A stretch of DNA of 64,000 nucleotides from an uncultured archaeon (GCA_963817525.1 CAWFOU010000001.1:416001-480000), one strand, 5' to 3'; positions 10,601 through 18,529 are shown, numbered from the stretch's first letter. The notes: generated by a model from the letters alone, not told the origin. Numbers and translations are program-made.

Positions 10601-12524
10601 GATTCCGTCCTCGAGCGGCTTGGGAGGGGTCGGCGCCACAGGGCTGGTCGTCGTCTACGACCCTGCTTCTGGCGCCGTCGTGGCCTGGGCCCAGTACACG
10701 GCAATCCCGCCGGCATCTGGCCTGTCGGCGCCGACCATCACGGTCAGCCCGCCCAGCGGCACAGTCCAGACCGGGGCGCAGCTGACGGTGACGGGGACGA
10801 ACTTCGGCGCAGGCGCGACGATAACCCTGTCCTATTCCGGGGGCGTCATCGTCGTCGACTCGGGCACCATCACCGCCTCCCCGACCGGAGGGTTCACCGC
10901 GCTGGTGACGATCTTGGCAGCTCAGCCAGGGTCCTCGAACCTCACGGCCATCGGGTCCGACAGCCCCAGCGACGCCGCGTCATCAGCCTACACCCTCACC
11001 AACGTGAACGACTACGTGTCGGCCTCTCTCACGGCGTCCTCTTCGGGGACCGCGACGGTCAACCAGACCGCTACGATGGGAGTGAGTGTGACGATACAGA
11101 ACGCGCCGGACGCGAGCGGCCAGGTGACGATATCGGACCTCAGCGCTCCCGCCACCGGCGTGAGCGCGCTGAGCCTTTCGGGCACAAAGTACTACGACGT
11201 CTTGGTGACCAACCTGCCCGGCGCGGCGTCCGCGACGGTCTGCATCACCGACGCCTCGATAACATCGAGCACCGAGCTCTACTGGGCGCCCGGGGGCTCC
11301 TCCTTCGTGGCCATCGCGTCCACTTTCGACGCCCCCGACACCCTCTGCACCTCCGCGCCCATCTCGCTGTCCCAGCTCGGAGGGACGAACTTCGCAACCG
11401 GCACGCCGTCGACCAGCGGCGGAGGGGAGGGGTCGCTCTACGTCTCGCAGACCGTCACCCTGACGCCAGGGACAGGGGGCGGGCCAGTCAGCTTCTCCCT
11501 GAGCGGGTGCGGCGTGGTCCCTTCGGTAGTAGAGGGCGACGGCCAAGCACACCACATCGCGGCGTACCCTGGGTGCAGGGTGACCGTTTCGGCCGCCTCA
11601 GAGGGCGCCGACACCAGGTCGGTATTCGTGGGAGGAAACGAGACCATCGAGTTCACCAGCTGCAGCGGTCTCGGCTGCTCCTCGAGCCTGAACGCGACCT
11701 ACTACGTCCAGGTGTTCCAGAACCTGTCGTACTTCGTCACCGGGGGCGCGCAGGGGAGCTCCGCCCCGGTCGTTGCGGGCCTCCAGTTCGGCTCCGCCTT
11801 CAGCGTGACCTTGACGACAGCCCCGGAGGGATACTGGATGGACGCCACAGGCGGCGTTGCCCTCCCCAGCCTCCTGCCTGGCAGCGGAACACAAGAGCGG
11901 TGGTCGCTTGCCTCCTTCTCCGCCGGGATTCTCAGCGCTGACACCCCGCACTCCTTGATATTGGTCTACGCGCACCAGTTCTCGGTGGTGCTGGCCGTGT
12001 CCCCTCAAGGCGCCGGGACGACGACCCCCTCGGGCGAGAGCTGGCTCAACGCTTCCTCGACCGTCACGATATCGGCCGCTGCCAGCTCGGGCTATTACTT
12101 CTCGGGATGGGTCTCCAGTTCGGGGAGCATCGCCCTCACGAACCGGTCTGCGCCCTCGACCACCTTCGTTGCGGACGGCCCGGGCACGCTCACCGCGACC
12201 TTCGCGCCCTCGAGTACTTCCACTTCAACCACCTCCTCTTCCACGACCTTCTCTAGCACCAGCGCTTCGACGACCGCGTCATACACGACCTCCTCTGGCA
12301 CGTTGACGACATCGTCGTCCGCCACGAGCTCTTCCACCTCTCTGACGACGACGTCGGCCAACTCAAGCAACTCGACGGCGTCCACGAGCGGGGCCGGCCG
12401 CACTCCGCCGGCATCTGAGCCCGGGACGACGGGCGCGATCCTGGCAGCATCGGCCGCCGCCATCGCAGCGACGATGATCCTGATGCTCCCAAAGACAAGA
12501 AGGCGCCGACGGACCTCAGGCTGA
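1665..12524 (+). CDS. Giant (3619 aa) Ser/Thr-rich secreted, membrane-anchored surface protein with multiple beta-rich/Ig-like repeats
   Basis: N-terminal signal peptide, several repeat families (YWFDA, WYDSGT, Cys-paired 87-aa), S/T linker, C-terminal TM helix followed by RRRRR. Confidence 0.85.
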   Translation: MRTHVTRSGLVKMAVLCAILFVLPSLFPGPLAGATLAAPAAAAQAANSQVPEATSAGHGPSPTLARTEAPPASPRVADASAPATDYGQSSGDPIYYFTTTAASGKLYDMKTTGVAGATTIQDLVPSVDGTPGSGTTTTASLSIGSFATTSYPDVVILWVVTYLSGSSVTVSTSTPPAATGVTFQSTPRASLVSCSSTGADETTETEWWGTTTAAITSESVAVTLSAAPIHAIGYAIAFKGVDVASPFDSHTGLPATGVSATCGTAADPTATGLETSNSDDLIVNFFGGNTAAETSGTIAGSTATSIDDASHADYSIAAESLVMTSAESSSQSCVFSAATSTFFGDVCDALVAAPTPTYAVVPDATTSVIGAPSESTPSNDGWETTTLSGASILSSPWTFDLTTTASAASGTAYVWVTVWNCTSSSGGCTFLFKNYDNSTNILATTALTTNSYTTGTEGPFYNVDFLRVEFWIVYASVGTSTASTITETSAVSSDSEVVVPTLGASWPITVATPTGGAAFPYTMSGCTVSPTSGTSGSTPTDFTASASCALTMTMPTAGSNTRYVFASSASTYSTVATCTTLCTNPSPSDYYQLGNTFEISANAQTDFDTGMTALTIKGTVDGVASTTICTITVTAATSDNCSTNPAWSDYDTAVTGFTNPISGAPAHSQWEASTTCTYTFTSYSTGDCQYYKQWEFELYYTIEDAGTGYSPPVLTSTQYGSSYTPSLGTTSGTAYWLDNGATWGITNPLSGSTGTEQWDSDTITSFSGTVSSTSPITAGTTAKDLLYYNQYPQTLSYSVVDGGAPSAPTATGTSLGAAYAPTLTQTAMAYWFDASGSIAFSTPTGTNEQWAPSPPSVSATSSNTQVVGMYNQYKHTLSYAVVDGGSPSASTASGTSLGSSYIPTLTTTATAYWFDVSGSITVSTPTNGASERWSPSPSSVSATTSNTQVFSLYNQYSQILSYNVNDGGSGYSAPSTLGGLQLGSSYSPTLSTTSAGYWFDATGTLTFATPLSCAGGCPTGERWSENSASISPTSANTQAVQYYNQYEPNVSYLEENGGTPTGNALVLSCSSFGSGTTHTLTTTPTGEWIDAASYTVGDHYISSTERYSQNQNGTLSSPTALVFDVYHQFAAASSYSGSVGPGGAPSLSGTTFGSGGSATLLTMSATPIWLDSGSSYSVTKPSADFPSLTERYETNFANGTITSAVTVDPVFYHQFDVPVSYSTSDESAIPGADGSVTLTAVQFGGPVAPVVTATITGYWLDAGSSWTLAPNVLPASPSGERWDANDIGLTGSVSSSTVVEPEYLHQFLLTVTGGDDIGYGTASQTSDDWYDAGSSTTVSSNWVWNTVSGQSRSAITNYQIDGVGQYPTRADLGTLTSASVTFNAAHTVAFLSTTQYYLTVDGGNGISYGTPSATGDDWYDSGTSTTVSSNGVYGRASGTGQRVSSWNVDGASDTIVAATGIVTTSAVTMSTYHTVNFNSVTQYFLTDNDPSGSESSITLPSISGDTGWYDSGTSVTIVLNNVYGLVADSSRNDLVSYTQVGSTTPVTRSGSGTATEPTIDMTEPTTVSADYVVQYYLAISTDCFNAEVSATSPTGDSWYDSGTSLDVQCSGIGSRSDGTGKRAQDYYWDSSSTTTEATTGTYTTSSVTMNSAHTLSVDAAVQFQVSFAASPIEGGSASTSTAPPISGDAGWYDSGTVISIAADPSIFWSFSSWSASTGSIALASTSAEPTTATISGTGTITGDFTVTILLSAGSVTPASPTIDQGQSITLTANPSGGTNSYTAYQWYTASGCSIPISGATSATYAAAPSTSTTYYYEVTDLSLASACSAGDTVTVDQAPTVSISPTSVTIDEGQSVEITATPSQGTGSFAYSWSAASGSCPGFSDSAAATLTYDPSRTSSNCVLKVTLSDTGTSGGATPTVTATPSIDSAITVDPALSLYVSPETIDSGQTATLTAIATGGSGSYATFSWYSGTSCTGTPLQTGASDVFLTTTLTLTTGYCATVADSVGGMDTTTVTVTVSPALSITVSPVSVDSGQAATLTGAASGGSGAYSEYDWYSGSACTGTPLQSASSDSYTTASLTSTTTFCVQVTDSRAGVGTTTVTVTVNPALSVSVAPTSVDSGRTATLTAVATGGSGSYALYTWYSGGACSGAALRSGASDSYTTASLAADATFCVAATDSLGGTATTTVAITINPTLSVSVSPATIDQGQTASLSSDASGGSGSYSTFAWYLGDSCTGSPLQSAASASFTTASLSTNTGYCVQVTDSLGGTATTSVTVTVNPALSVSVSPVTVDFNQTAALTAVASGGSGSYTIFAWYLGDTCTGTPAQSAASSAYTTPLLTATTGYCVAVIDSLGGTATTTISVTVSGVLSDSVSPVTVDSGQAATLTATASGGSGSYVEYDWYLGGSCIGTPLQSSASAAYTTPALSSTTEYCVVVTDSLGSDATTMVTVTVNAPLSVSVSRVSVDSGQSASLAAVPSQGSGSYVSYAWYSGAICTGTPLQAGSSSSYATAPLTSNTGFCVTLTDSLGGTATATVTVNINPALSVSVAPVSIDSGQTASLVAAATGGSGSYSSYAWYAGDTCTGSPLQSATSDSFTTAALTSGTDYCVMPTDSLGGTAAATVTVSVNPSISVTVSPVTVDFGQAATLTAVATGGSGSYALYTWYSGGACSGTPLRSSSSPSFGTGGLSTASVYCVRVTDSVGGVATTTAAVSVDPALVAPAISASASTINSGEGATLSTVSSFSAGTSPYTCQWLVEAPGGAYVSLGSSFTCDAGDLPTTSTGALATVGTWSFELMVTDGSGATANSGPAMIAVTPPPNASSVYVACAPSVVAPGMSVDCTATVSGASPTGTASFAATAGAFATSSTCTLESGSCSVTFKAPTTAGSITITGSYSGDLDNAASSGSYSVYVPVFTIAVPGGSSGASTSGPTGSPIAMSGSGFAASTDYYYCFEGGVSSPSACTSNEYQFTTDSSGAIPSSSGLGGVGATGLVVVYDPASGAVVAWAQYTAIPPASGLSAPTITVSPPSGTVQTGAQLTVTGTNFGAGATITLSYSGGVIVVDSGTITASPTGGFTALVTILAAQPGSSNLTAIGSDSPSDAASSAYTLTNVNDYVSASLTASSSGTATVNQTATMGVSVTIQNAPDASGQVTISDLSAPATGVSALSLSGTKYYDVLVTNLPGAASATVCITDASITSSTELYWAPGGSSFVAIASTFDAPDTLCTSAPISLSQLGGTNFATGTPSTSGGGEGSLYVSQTVTLTPGTGGGPVSFSLSGCGVVPSVVEGDGQAHHIAAYPGCRVTVSAASEGADTRSVFVGGNETIEFTSCSGLGCSSSLNATYYVQVFQNLSYFVTGGAQGSSAPVVAGLQFGSAFSVTLTTAPEGYWMDATGGVALPSLLPGSGTQERWSLASFSAGILSADTPHSLILVYAHQFSVVLAVSPQGAGTTTPSGESWLNASSTVTISAAASSGYYFSGWVSSSGSIALTNRSAPSTTFVADGPGTLTATFAPSSTSTSTTSSSTTFSSTSASTTASYTTSSGTLTTSSSATSSSTSLTTTSANSSNSTASTSGAGRTPPASEPGTTGAILAASAAAIAATMILMLPKTRRRRRTSG
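7464..9812 (+). repeat. Nine tandem 261-bp (87-aa) Ig/PKD-like repeats within the giant protein
   Basis: Unit approx. NPALSVSVSPxxVDSGQxAxLTAxAxGGSGSYxxxxWYxGxxCxGxPLQ...YCVxVTDSLGGxATTTVTVTV; starts at 7464, 7725, 7986, with the next DPAL at 9813. Confidence 0.9.
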
Positions 12525-12684
12525 TGGAGAACTTACTCACCGCTGGGCACGGACCCCATGGCACTCGAGGACGACCAGCAGCGTTATTGGCCGCTGAGCG
12601 AATCGTATATCGCGAGACTTTGGCGGGTAACGAAATTACTTGAATCTGAATGCCTAAATACGGCGTTATGGCAAATAAGGGCGC

Positions 12685-15135
12685 ATGACGAAGGAATTAC
12701 CGAAGAATATAACGAAAGCATTTAGGAAAAGTATTAAGAAAACATTAAGCAACACATCAATTCGCGCAATCGCGCTTAGCCTTCTTTTCATCGTATCGGG
12801 AATCGGAGCTTCAGTGCTCCTCAACCCAGCAGCAGCCACCCCCAACGCTGCAGCGCCCTCGGTCGCGGCACCGGTCGCGGCCCAGCCATCGCTGACGCAG
12901 GCGGAGGCGAACTGGGAGTTCCCGAACGGCAACGCCTTCAACCAGGACTACAACCCCCAAAGCCAGATCAACAGCTCCAACGTCCAGTATCTCGGACTGG
13001 CTTGGATCTATCCGCTCCCTAGCGCCCCAACGTCGCTGAACGCGATCAACCCGACGGGCGCGGGTGTCGGCGTGGGCATGGACATCATCATCGCCAACGG
13101 CACGGCCTTCGCAATCACCGTGTTCGACCAGGTCATCGCCTTCAACATCGCCAACGGCGACGTGCTCTGGACCTTCCTCTCGCCTCTTGCGGTCAACCAG
13201 ACCCAAGGACAGGCGACCGGACCTGTCCCGCTGCACGACCACGATGGCAATGAGTGGTTCTCCACCTCGACGTTCGGCGCCGGAGTGTCCGGCCCGACGC
13301 TGTGGTTCCAAGGAGAGAACAACCACGTCTACGCCATCGACGCCGTAACCGGCAAGCAGGAGCTGAACTTCAGCGACTTCACTGGCCTCAACATGGTGGC
13401 AGGCAACAACCCGCAGAGCATCTACAACGGGATCGGCGCCTCGAACATCGTCATCAACCAGCAGCTAGGAATCCTAGTCTCTGGCCACGACGCTGAGCTC
13501 GACGCCGACAACGGAAGAGGCTTCTTCGCGGGATGGAACCTGAACACCAACCCGGTCACCATGAAGTGGATCACCTACGACGTTCCTCCCCAACCAGGGA
13601 GCAACGTTGCGCTGAACCCATACTACGACCAGCAGCTAATCGCCAACATGACCACCGCGACCACCTTCTACCCTGGTGAGAACGGCACTACCAACGGGTA
13701 CACCACTCCCACCGAGGTCGCAGGCGGCGTCCTCAACAACGTCAACGACGACATCGTCGTCAACTGGAAGGCGCTGTCTCCGACTCAGCTCAACACAACC
13801 CTCTACAACGACTGGGGACAGTCCGACCAGACGGCCCAGTGCCTCGCCATCGACGGCGGTGGCTCTACGGGCTCCACAGGCTCCGCATGGGGCGGCGCTT
13901 GGGTGGTCGGCTCCGGGCAGAGCGCGGGCATGGTCTTCCTCGGCACCAACAACAAGGACCCGTTCGTAGGGCCTTGCAACCCAGGACCTGACCTCTGGTC
14001 AGCTTCAGTCCTCGGAATCAACATCACCACGGGCCACATCGTATGGGGCTTCCAGACAACGACTCACGACATCTGGGACTACGACTGCTCCTGGTACCAA
14101 GCACTAGCCAACGCGACTGTAGCGGGCGTCAACACTGAGGTCATCCTGAAGACGTGCAAGGACGGATACCTCTTTGAGATCAACGCCCTCACAGGCAATC
14201 TCATCTGGGCATGGGACCCACCCGCAGGCTCAGAGGCACCCGGATCGACAAGATGCCCGGTCTGCTTCCCCATGAACCCGATGAACGCGTCACAGACCGG
14301 CGCAGACTTCCCGTCCGCGCTGACCAACTGCGCACCAGCATACACCATCGCGTGCCTGAGGGGCTCTCAGCCTCCGTTCCTCCAGTGGCCATCTGAACTG
14401 GCCGGCTTCGAGGACGAGCAGGCGTTCGACCCAGCCGTAGGCCTCATCTACGCAACCTCGCACCTTGTGCCCTTCTACATGGCCTACCTAGGCCTCAACT
14501 CGTCGTCCTACTTCTCCTCCACAGGAGAATCGACCACAGCGTGTCCCACGTGCGGTACACTGACAGACAACGCAACGACGTGGGCCATCTACGCCAGCAA
14601 CGGGACCGTCAAGTGGCACAACCTAGTCTCGAATGTCTTCGGATACCGCGGCCAGACCGACGTCAGCGGTAACGTGGTATACACCGTCGAGGCATCGGGC
14701 AACATCGGCATGGTGAACGCCAATACAGGGACCCTCATCAAGGACTACTACATCGGCGCTTCGATGGACATTGGCGTGTCGATCGGGGCAGCGGACAACG
14801 GGCAGGAGTACATCATCACACCCGTCGGGGGATGCGGTGATACAGACTCTGCCTGCGCAACATCGCCAGGCGACATCGTCGCCCTGACCTTGACCAGCGT
14901 CCCGCCGGCATCCACATCGACCACCACGGTGGTCAGTTCAAGCACAACAACAGTAACCAGCATCTCAACCGCAACCAGCGTCTCAGCATCCACAGCAACT
15001 TCAATCACGACAGTCACATCCACATCCAGCACAGGAGTCTCGTCGACAGCACTCTACGGAGTCGCCATAGTCGCCGTGATCTTCATCATAGCTACGGGCT
15101 ATCTTGCCATGCGTGGCAGGAAGCCCGCCTCCTAA
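12685..15135 (+). CDS. PQQ-dependent dehydrogenase-like beta-propeller protein, secreted, C-terminally anchored (paralogue 1)
   Basis: Motifs SQINSSNVQYLGLAW, AEL...RGF, GTNN, WGFQTTTHDIWDYD, KDGYLFEINALTGNLIW; S/T linker plus TM tail. Confidence 0.8.
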   Translation: MTKELPKNITKAFRKSIKKTLSNTSIRAIALSLLFIVSGIGASVLLNPAAATPNAAAPSVAAPVAAQPSLTQAEANWEFPNGNAFNQDYNPQSQINSSNVQYLGLAWIYPLPSAPTSLNAINPTGAGVGVGMDIIIANGTAFAITVFDQVIAFNIANGDVLWTFLSPLAVNQTQGQATGPVPLHDHDGNEWFSTSTFGAGVSGPTLWFQGENNHVYAIDAVTGKQELNFSDFTGLNMVAGNNPQSIYNGIGASNIVINQQLGILVSGHDAELDADNGRGFFAGWNLNTNPVTMKWITYDVPPQPGSNVALNPYYDQQLIANMTTATTFYPGENGTTNGYTTPTEVAGGVLNNVNDDIVVNWKALSPTQLNTTLYNDWGQSDQTAQCLAIDGGGSTGSTGSAWGGAWVVGSGQSAGMVFLGTNNKDPFVGPCNPGPDLWSASVLGINITTGHIVWGFQTTTHDIWDYDCSWYQALANATVAGVNTEVILKTCKDGYLFEINALTGNLIWAWDPPAGSEAPGSTRCPVCFPMNPMNASQTGADFPSALTNCAPAYTIACLRGSQPPFLQWPSELAGFEDEQAFDPAVGLIYATSHLVPFYMAYLGLNSSSYFSSTGESTTACPTCGTLTDNATTWAIYASNGTVKWHNLVSNVFGYRGQTDVSGNVVYTVEASGNIGMVNANTGTLIKDYYIGASMDIGVSIGAADNGQEYIITPVGGCGDTDSACATSPGDIVALTLTSVPPASTSTTTVVSSSTTTVTSISTATSVSASTATSITTVTSTSSTGVSSTALYGVAIVAVIFIIATGYLAMRGRKPAS

Positions 15136-15153
15136 GGGGTAAAACCCAATAGC

Positions 15154-15192
15154 GGGTGCCCCCTTCGGGGGGCATCCTCATTCCTTTTTCTT
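15154..15192 (+). terminator. GC hairpin plus T-rich tract after PQQ paralogue 1
   Basis: gggtgccccc-ttcg-gggggcatcc followed by tcattcctttttctt. Confidence 0.65.
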
Positions 15193-15360
15193 ATCTATCT
15201 CAAGCAATAATTCCGTACCCGGGCGCCTCGCCGGACCGCGCGAGCCTCACTTGAGAAGCCCGCGCAACTTCCCGACGATGCGAGCGACCAAAGGATCCTA
15301 TGCCCAAGGTCATCCCGGGACGGCACATTTCATAAGTAGGCTCATTCCCGCCGAGCGGTC

Positions 15361-16128
15361 GTGCCGCCGTTCGCCAAGCCAGAAGAGGTGAGGATCGTCC
15401 CATTGGATGGCCTCAAGAGGGTGGAGCCCGGCGACGACCTCGGAGCGCTGATAACGGGAGCCCTTCGCAGGAAGGGCTTCCACCTCGCCCACGACGACAT
15501 AGTCGTGGTGACCCAGAAGATCGTCTCGAAGAGCGAAGGAAGGCTCGTGAGATTGGAGGAGGTCGAGCCCTCGAGGCGAGCGACCTCGATAGCGAAGGAG
15601 CTGGGTAAGGACCCGCGGGTGGTGGAGCTGGCGCTCAACGAGTCAAGACGGATCGTGAGGAAGGGGCACGGCATCCTCATAACCGAGACGCATCATGGCT
15701 TCGTCTGCGCCAATTCCGGACTGGACATGTCGAACGTGGACGAGGGGTACGTCGCCCTCCTCCCGGTCGACCCGGACGCCAGCGCTCGGGCGATCCGGAC
15801 CAGCCTCGAGAAGAAGACCAAGAAAAGGCTCGCGGTGATAGTGACGGACACCTTCGGGAGGCCGTGGCGGGAGGGGCAGACCGACGTCGCGATAGGCTGC
15901 TCGGGCATCGCCCCCACTCTCAGGCTCACGGGCAAGAAGGACCCCTACGGGTACGTCCTGAAGGTGACCCAGCCCGCCATCGCGGACGAGGTGGCGGGAG
16001 CAGCGGAGCTCGTGATGCAGAAGCTCGCCCTCGTCCCGGTCGCGATAGTCAGAGGCGTCGGCTACGACCGCGACGACTCCGGCGCCAAGAGCATGGTCCT
16101 TAAGGAAGGCCTGGACCTTTTCAGGTGA
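15361..16128 (+). CDS. cofE: Coenzyme F420-0:L-glutamate ligase
   Basis: DIVVVTQKIVSKSEGR, CANSGLDMSN, LLPVDPDASA, TDTFGRPWREGQ. Confidence 0.93.
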   Translation: MPPFAKPEEVRIVPLDGLKRVEPGDDLGALITGALRRKGFHLAHDDIVVVTQKIVSKSEGRLVRLEEVEPSRRATSIAKELGKDPRVVELALNESRRIVRKGHGILITETHHGFVCANSGLDMSNVDEGYVALLPVDPDASARAIRTSLEKKTKKRLAVIVTDTFGRPWREGQTDVAIGCSGIAPTLRLTGKKDPYGYVLKVTQPAIADEVAGAAELVMQKLALVPVAIVRGVGYDRDDSGAKSMVLKEGLDLFR

Positions 16129-16135
16129 GCTATTC

Positions 16136-17071
16136 GTGAACAAGGCACCGGAGGCCGTGGTCGCCCTCTCGGGCGGGACTGGGTCGGCGAAGTTCCTTCG
16201 CGGGCTTCAAAGGCTGACCAAGTTCGCCGTGGTGGCGAACGTGGGGGACAACTCCTGGTTCCACGGCCTCTATGTCTGTCCAGACATCGACACGGTGACC
16301 TACACACTGGCCGGGATCGCCGACTCGGAGAGGGGCTGGGGGGTCGAGGGAGACCAGTTCACGGTCCTGGGCCAGTTGAAGCGGCTCGGGGCAAGAGACA
16401 CTTGGTTCAACATCGGCGACCTCGACCTCGCCACCGACATCCTCAGGACGGCGCTGATGAGGGAGGGGAAGAGCCTCACTGAGGTGACGTCCATCATCGC
16501 GGAGAGGCTCGGCGTCGAGGGGTGCAGGATAATCCCAGCCACGGACCAGCACATGGAGACGCGCGTGAGGACGGCTGACGGCGCAGACCTGCACCTTCAA
16601 GAGTTCTGGGTGAAGGCGAGGGGGAGGCCGACGCCAAAGGGGGTGCGATACGTAGGCGCCCGCACGGCCAGGCCGAGCGCCGAGGCCGCGATGAGCATCG
16701 CCACCGCCAAGAGGATCGTCGTCTGCCCGGCTAACCCGATAACTAGCATACTCCCGACCCTGTCGATACCCGGGTTCAGAAGCGCGCTGCGAAAGTCCGG
16801 CGCGAGGAGGGTCGCCGTGTCGCCCATGATCGGCCAAGGGGCGTTCTCCGGACCTGCAGCCGGATTGATGGCAGCCAGGGGGCTGAAGCCCAATTCCGAG
16901 AGCGTCGCGATGCTCTACAAGGGCCTCGTAGACGTGCTCGTGCTCGACGAGAGCGACCGGTCGGAGGCAAAGGCGATAGAGAAGGTGGGGGTCTCCTGCC
17001 TTTTTACGTCAACGTTAATGAGCTCTCGCGACGATGAGGTGAGGCTGGCGAAGGTCGCGATGGAAGCATGA
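16136..17071 (+). CDS. cofD: 2-phospho-L-lactate transferase
   Basis: LSGGTGSAKFLRG, NVGD, GLYVCPDIDTV, WFNIGDLD, LQEFWV, PANPITSI. Confidence 0.93.
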   Translation: MNKAPEAVVALSGGTGSAKFLRGLQRLTKFAVVANVGDNSWFHGLYVCPDIDTVTYTLAGIADSERGWGVEGDQFTVLGQLKRLGARDTWFNIGDLDLATDILRTALMREGKSLTEVTSIIAERLGVEGCRIIPATDQHMETRVRTADGADLHLQEFWVKARGRPTPKGVRYVGARTARPSAEAAMSIATAKRIVVCPANPITSILPTLSIPGFRSALRKSGARRVAVSPMIGQGAFSGPAAGLMAARGLKPNSESVAMLYKGLVDVLVLDESDRSEAKAIEKVGVSCLFTSTLMSSRDDEVRLAKVAMEA

Positions 17072-17739
17072 GCGCGAGGCATCGGACGGCGGTCGTCGTC
17101 CCCGTGAAGGGAGAGAACCCCAAGACGCGGCTGTCAGCGCTTCTCACACCCGCCCAGAGGCGACAGCTCCAAGTAGCCATGTTGGAGGACACCCTCCAGA
17201 CCCTGATGAAGGCGCGCATGGTCGGGGACACCTTCGTTGTCTCCTCTGACGCGAACATGCTAGAGTTCGCAAAGAGGTTCGGCGCCCGTGCCATCACAGA
17301 GCCCGGGGACGCCGGTGTGAATTCGGCCGTCAGCCGCGGGCTGGAGGAGACCTCGGGGTACGAGAGGCAGGTGGTCATCCCAGCTGACCTCCCGCTCCTC
17401 GCCGTCGAGGACCTGAAGGCTGGGCCGATGCTGGCGCGGGAGGGCGCCCAGGTGGTGATGTCGCCGTCCGAGACCTTCGACGGCACCAACATGCTGCTCT
17501 TGACGCGGGGGGTTGGGCTCCCTTTGCACTACGACGACGACAGCTTCCGAAAACACTTCGCCAGCGCGACCGCGCGCAGGCTGCGCGTGGCCGTCTACTA
17601 CTCTAGGGGCGTGGGGTTCGACGTCGACAGGCCCGCCGACGTCCACCGGTTCTTCAAGTACAACAAGCGAGGGAGCACTCTCACCTTCCTGGGAAGGACC
17701 TTGAGGATGCCGCAGAAGCCCCGCCCCCAGCGCCGGTGA
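17068..17739 (+). CDS. cofC: 2-phospho-L-lactate guanylyltransferase
   Basis: VVPVK..KTRLS, PADLPLL, GTN, FDVDRPAD; ATGA overlap with cofD. Confidence 0.9.
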   Translation: MSARHRTAVVVPVKGENPKTRLSALLTPAQRRQLQVAMLEDTLQTLMKARMVGDTFVVSSDANMLEFAKRFGARAITEPGDAGVNSAVSRGLEETSGYERQVVIPADLPLLAVEDLKAGPMLAREGAQVVMSPSETFDGTNMLLLTRGVGLPLHYDDDSFRKHFASATARRLRVAVYYSRGVGFDVDRPADVHRFFKYNKRGSTLTFLGRTLRMPQKPRPQRR

Positions 17740-17749
17740 GGCGCCCGCC

Positions 17750-18529
17750 TCACATCTCTTCCATGTTCGAAGAGAGCATCGCCAAAAGCTTGTCGACCGT
17801 CTCGAAGAAGAGAGGATCGCGGAGGTGCTCGAACCTCGGACGGGGCAAAGGTACCTTGAGCTCCCCCACCACCCTTCCAGGCCGGGGGGACAAGACTATG
17901 ATGCGGTCTGCCATCATCACAGCCTCCTCCACGTTGTGGGTCACCATTACGAAGTTGTTGGTGGGGAGCGACGGGTCGCCCCAGATCTTGAGGAGCAGGA
18001 CGCGGAGCGACTTGGCGGTGAGCTCGTCCAGAGCGGAGAACGGCTCATCGAGGAGGAGCACCTCAGGCCCGAGAGCCAGCGCTCTCGCGACGCCGACCCT
18101 CTGCCGCATCCCGCCCGAGAGGTCGTGGGGATACGCGTTCTCGAACATGCCCAACCCGACCATCCTGAGGTAGCGGTCCGCGCGCGACTTGGCCTCCGCC
18201 TTTTCGATCCCTACCACCTCCATCGGCAGCTCGACGTTCTCGATGGAGTTCTTCCAAGGCAGGAGCCCGAACGTCTGGAACACCATGGTAACCTTCGGGG
18301 TCGGACCGGTCTTGGGCTCGCCCCGGAAGAGGATCTGCCCTGAGGTGGCCGTCTCGAGTCCGGCGATTATCCTCAGGAGGGTGGACTTGCCGCAGCCGGA
18401 CGGCCCTATGATGCAGACGAACTCGTCGTGGTTGACGTCGAAGCTGACGTCGTCTATCGCCTTGACCTCAGAGCCGTTCTTGAAGACCTTGACGATGTCC
18501 TTGACGCTCAGTATCGGGGTGCTGCTCAA
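17750..18529 (-). CDS. ABC transporter ATP-binding protein (NitT/TauT-like)
   Basis: GPSGCGKST, LSGGMRQRV, LLLDEPF; start moved to TTG 18529, which overlaps the permease stop (TTGA). Confidence 0.9.
   Translation of the reverse strand: MSSTPILSVKDIVKVFKNGSEVKAIDDVSFDVNHDEFVCIIGPSGCGKSTLLRIIAGLETATSGQILFRGEPKTGPTPKVTMVFQTFGLLPWKNSIENVELPMEVVGIEKAEAKSRADRYLRMVGLGMFENAYPHDLSGGMRQRVGVARALALGPEVLLLDEPFSALDELTAKSLRVLLLKIWGDPSLPTNNFVMVTHNVEEAVMMADRIIVLSPRPGRVVGELKVPLPRPRFEHLRDPLFFETVDKLLAMLSSNMEEM

Noticed and set aside
15210-15325. GC-rich stems downstream of the PQQ terminators (also about 29030-29135)
   Set aside because: Short pairings are expected by chance at this GC content, and the two regions share no obvious sequence
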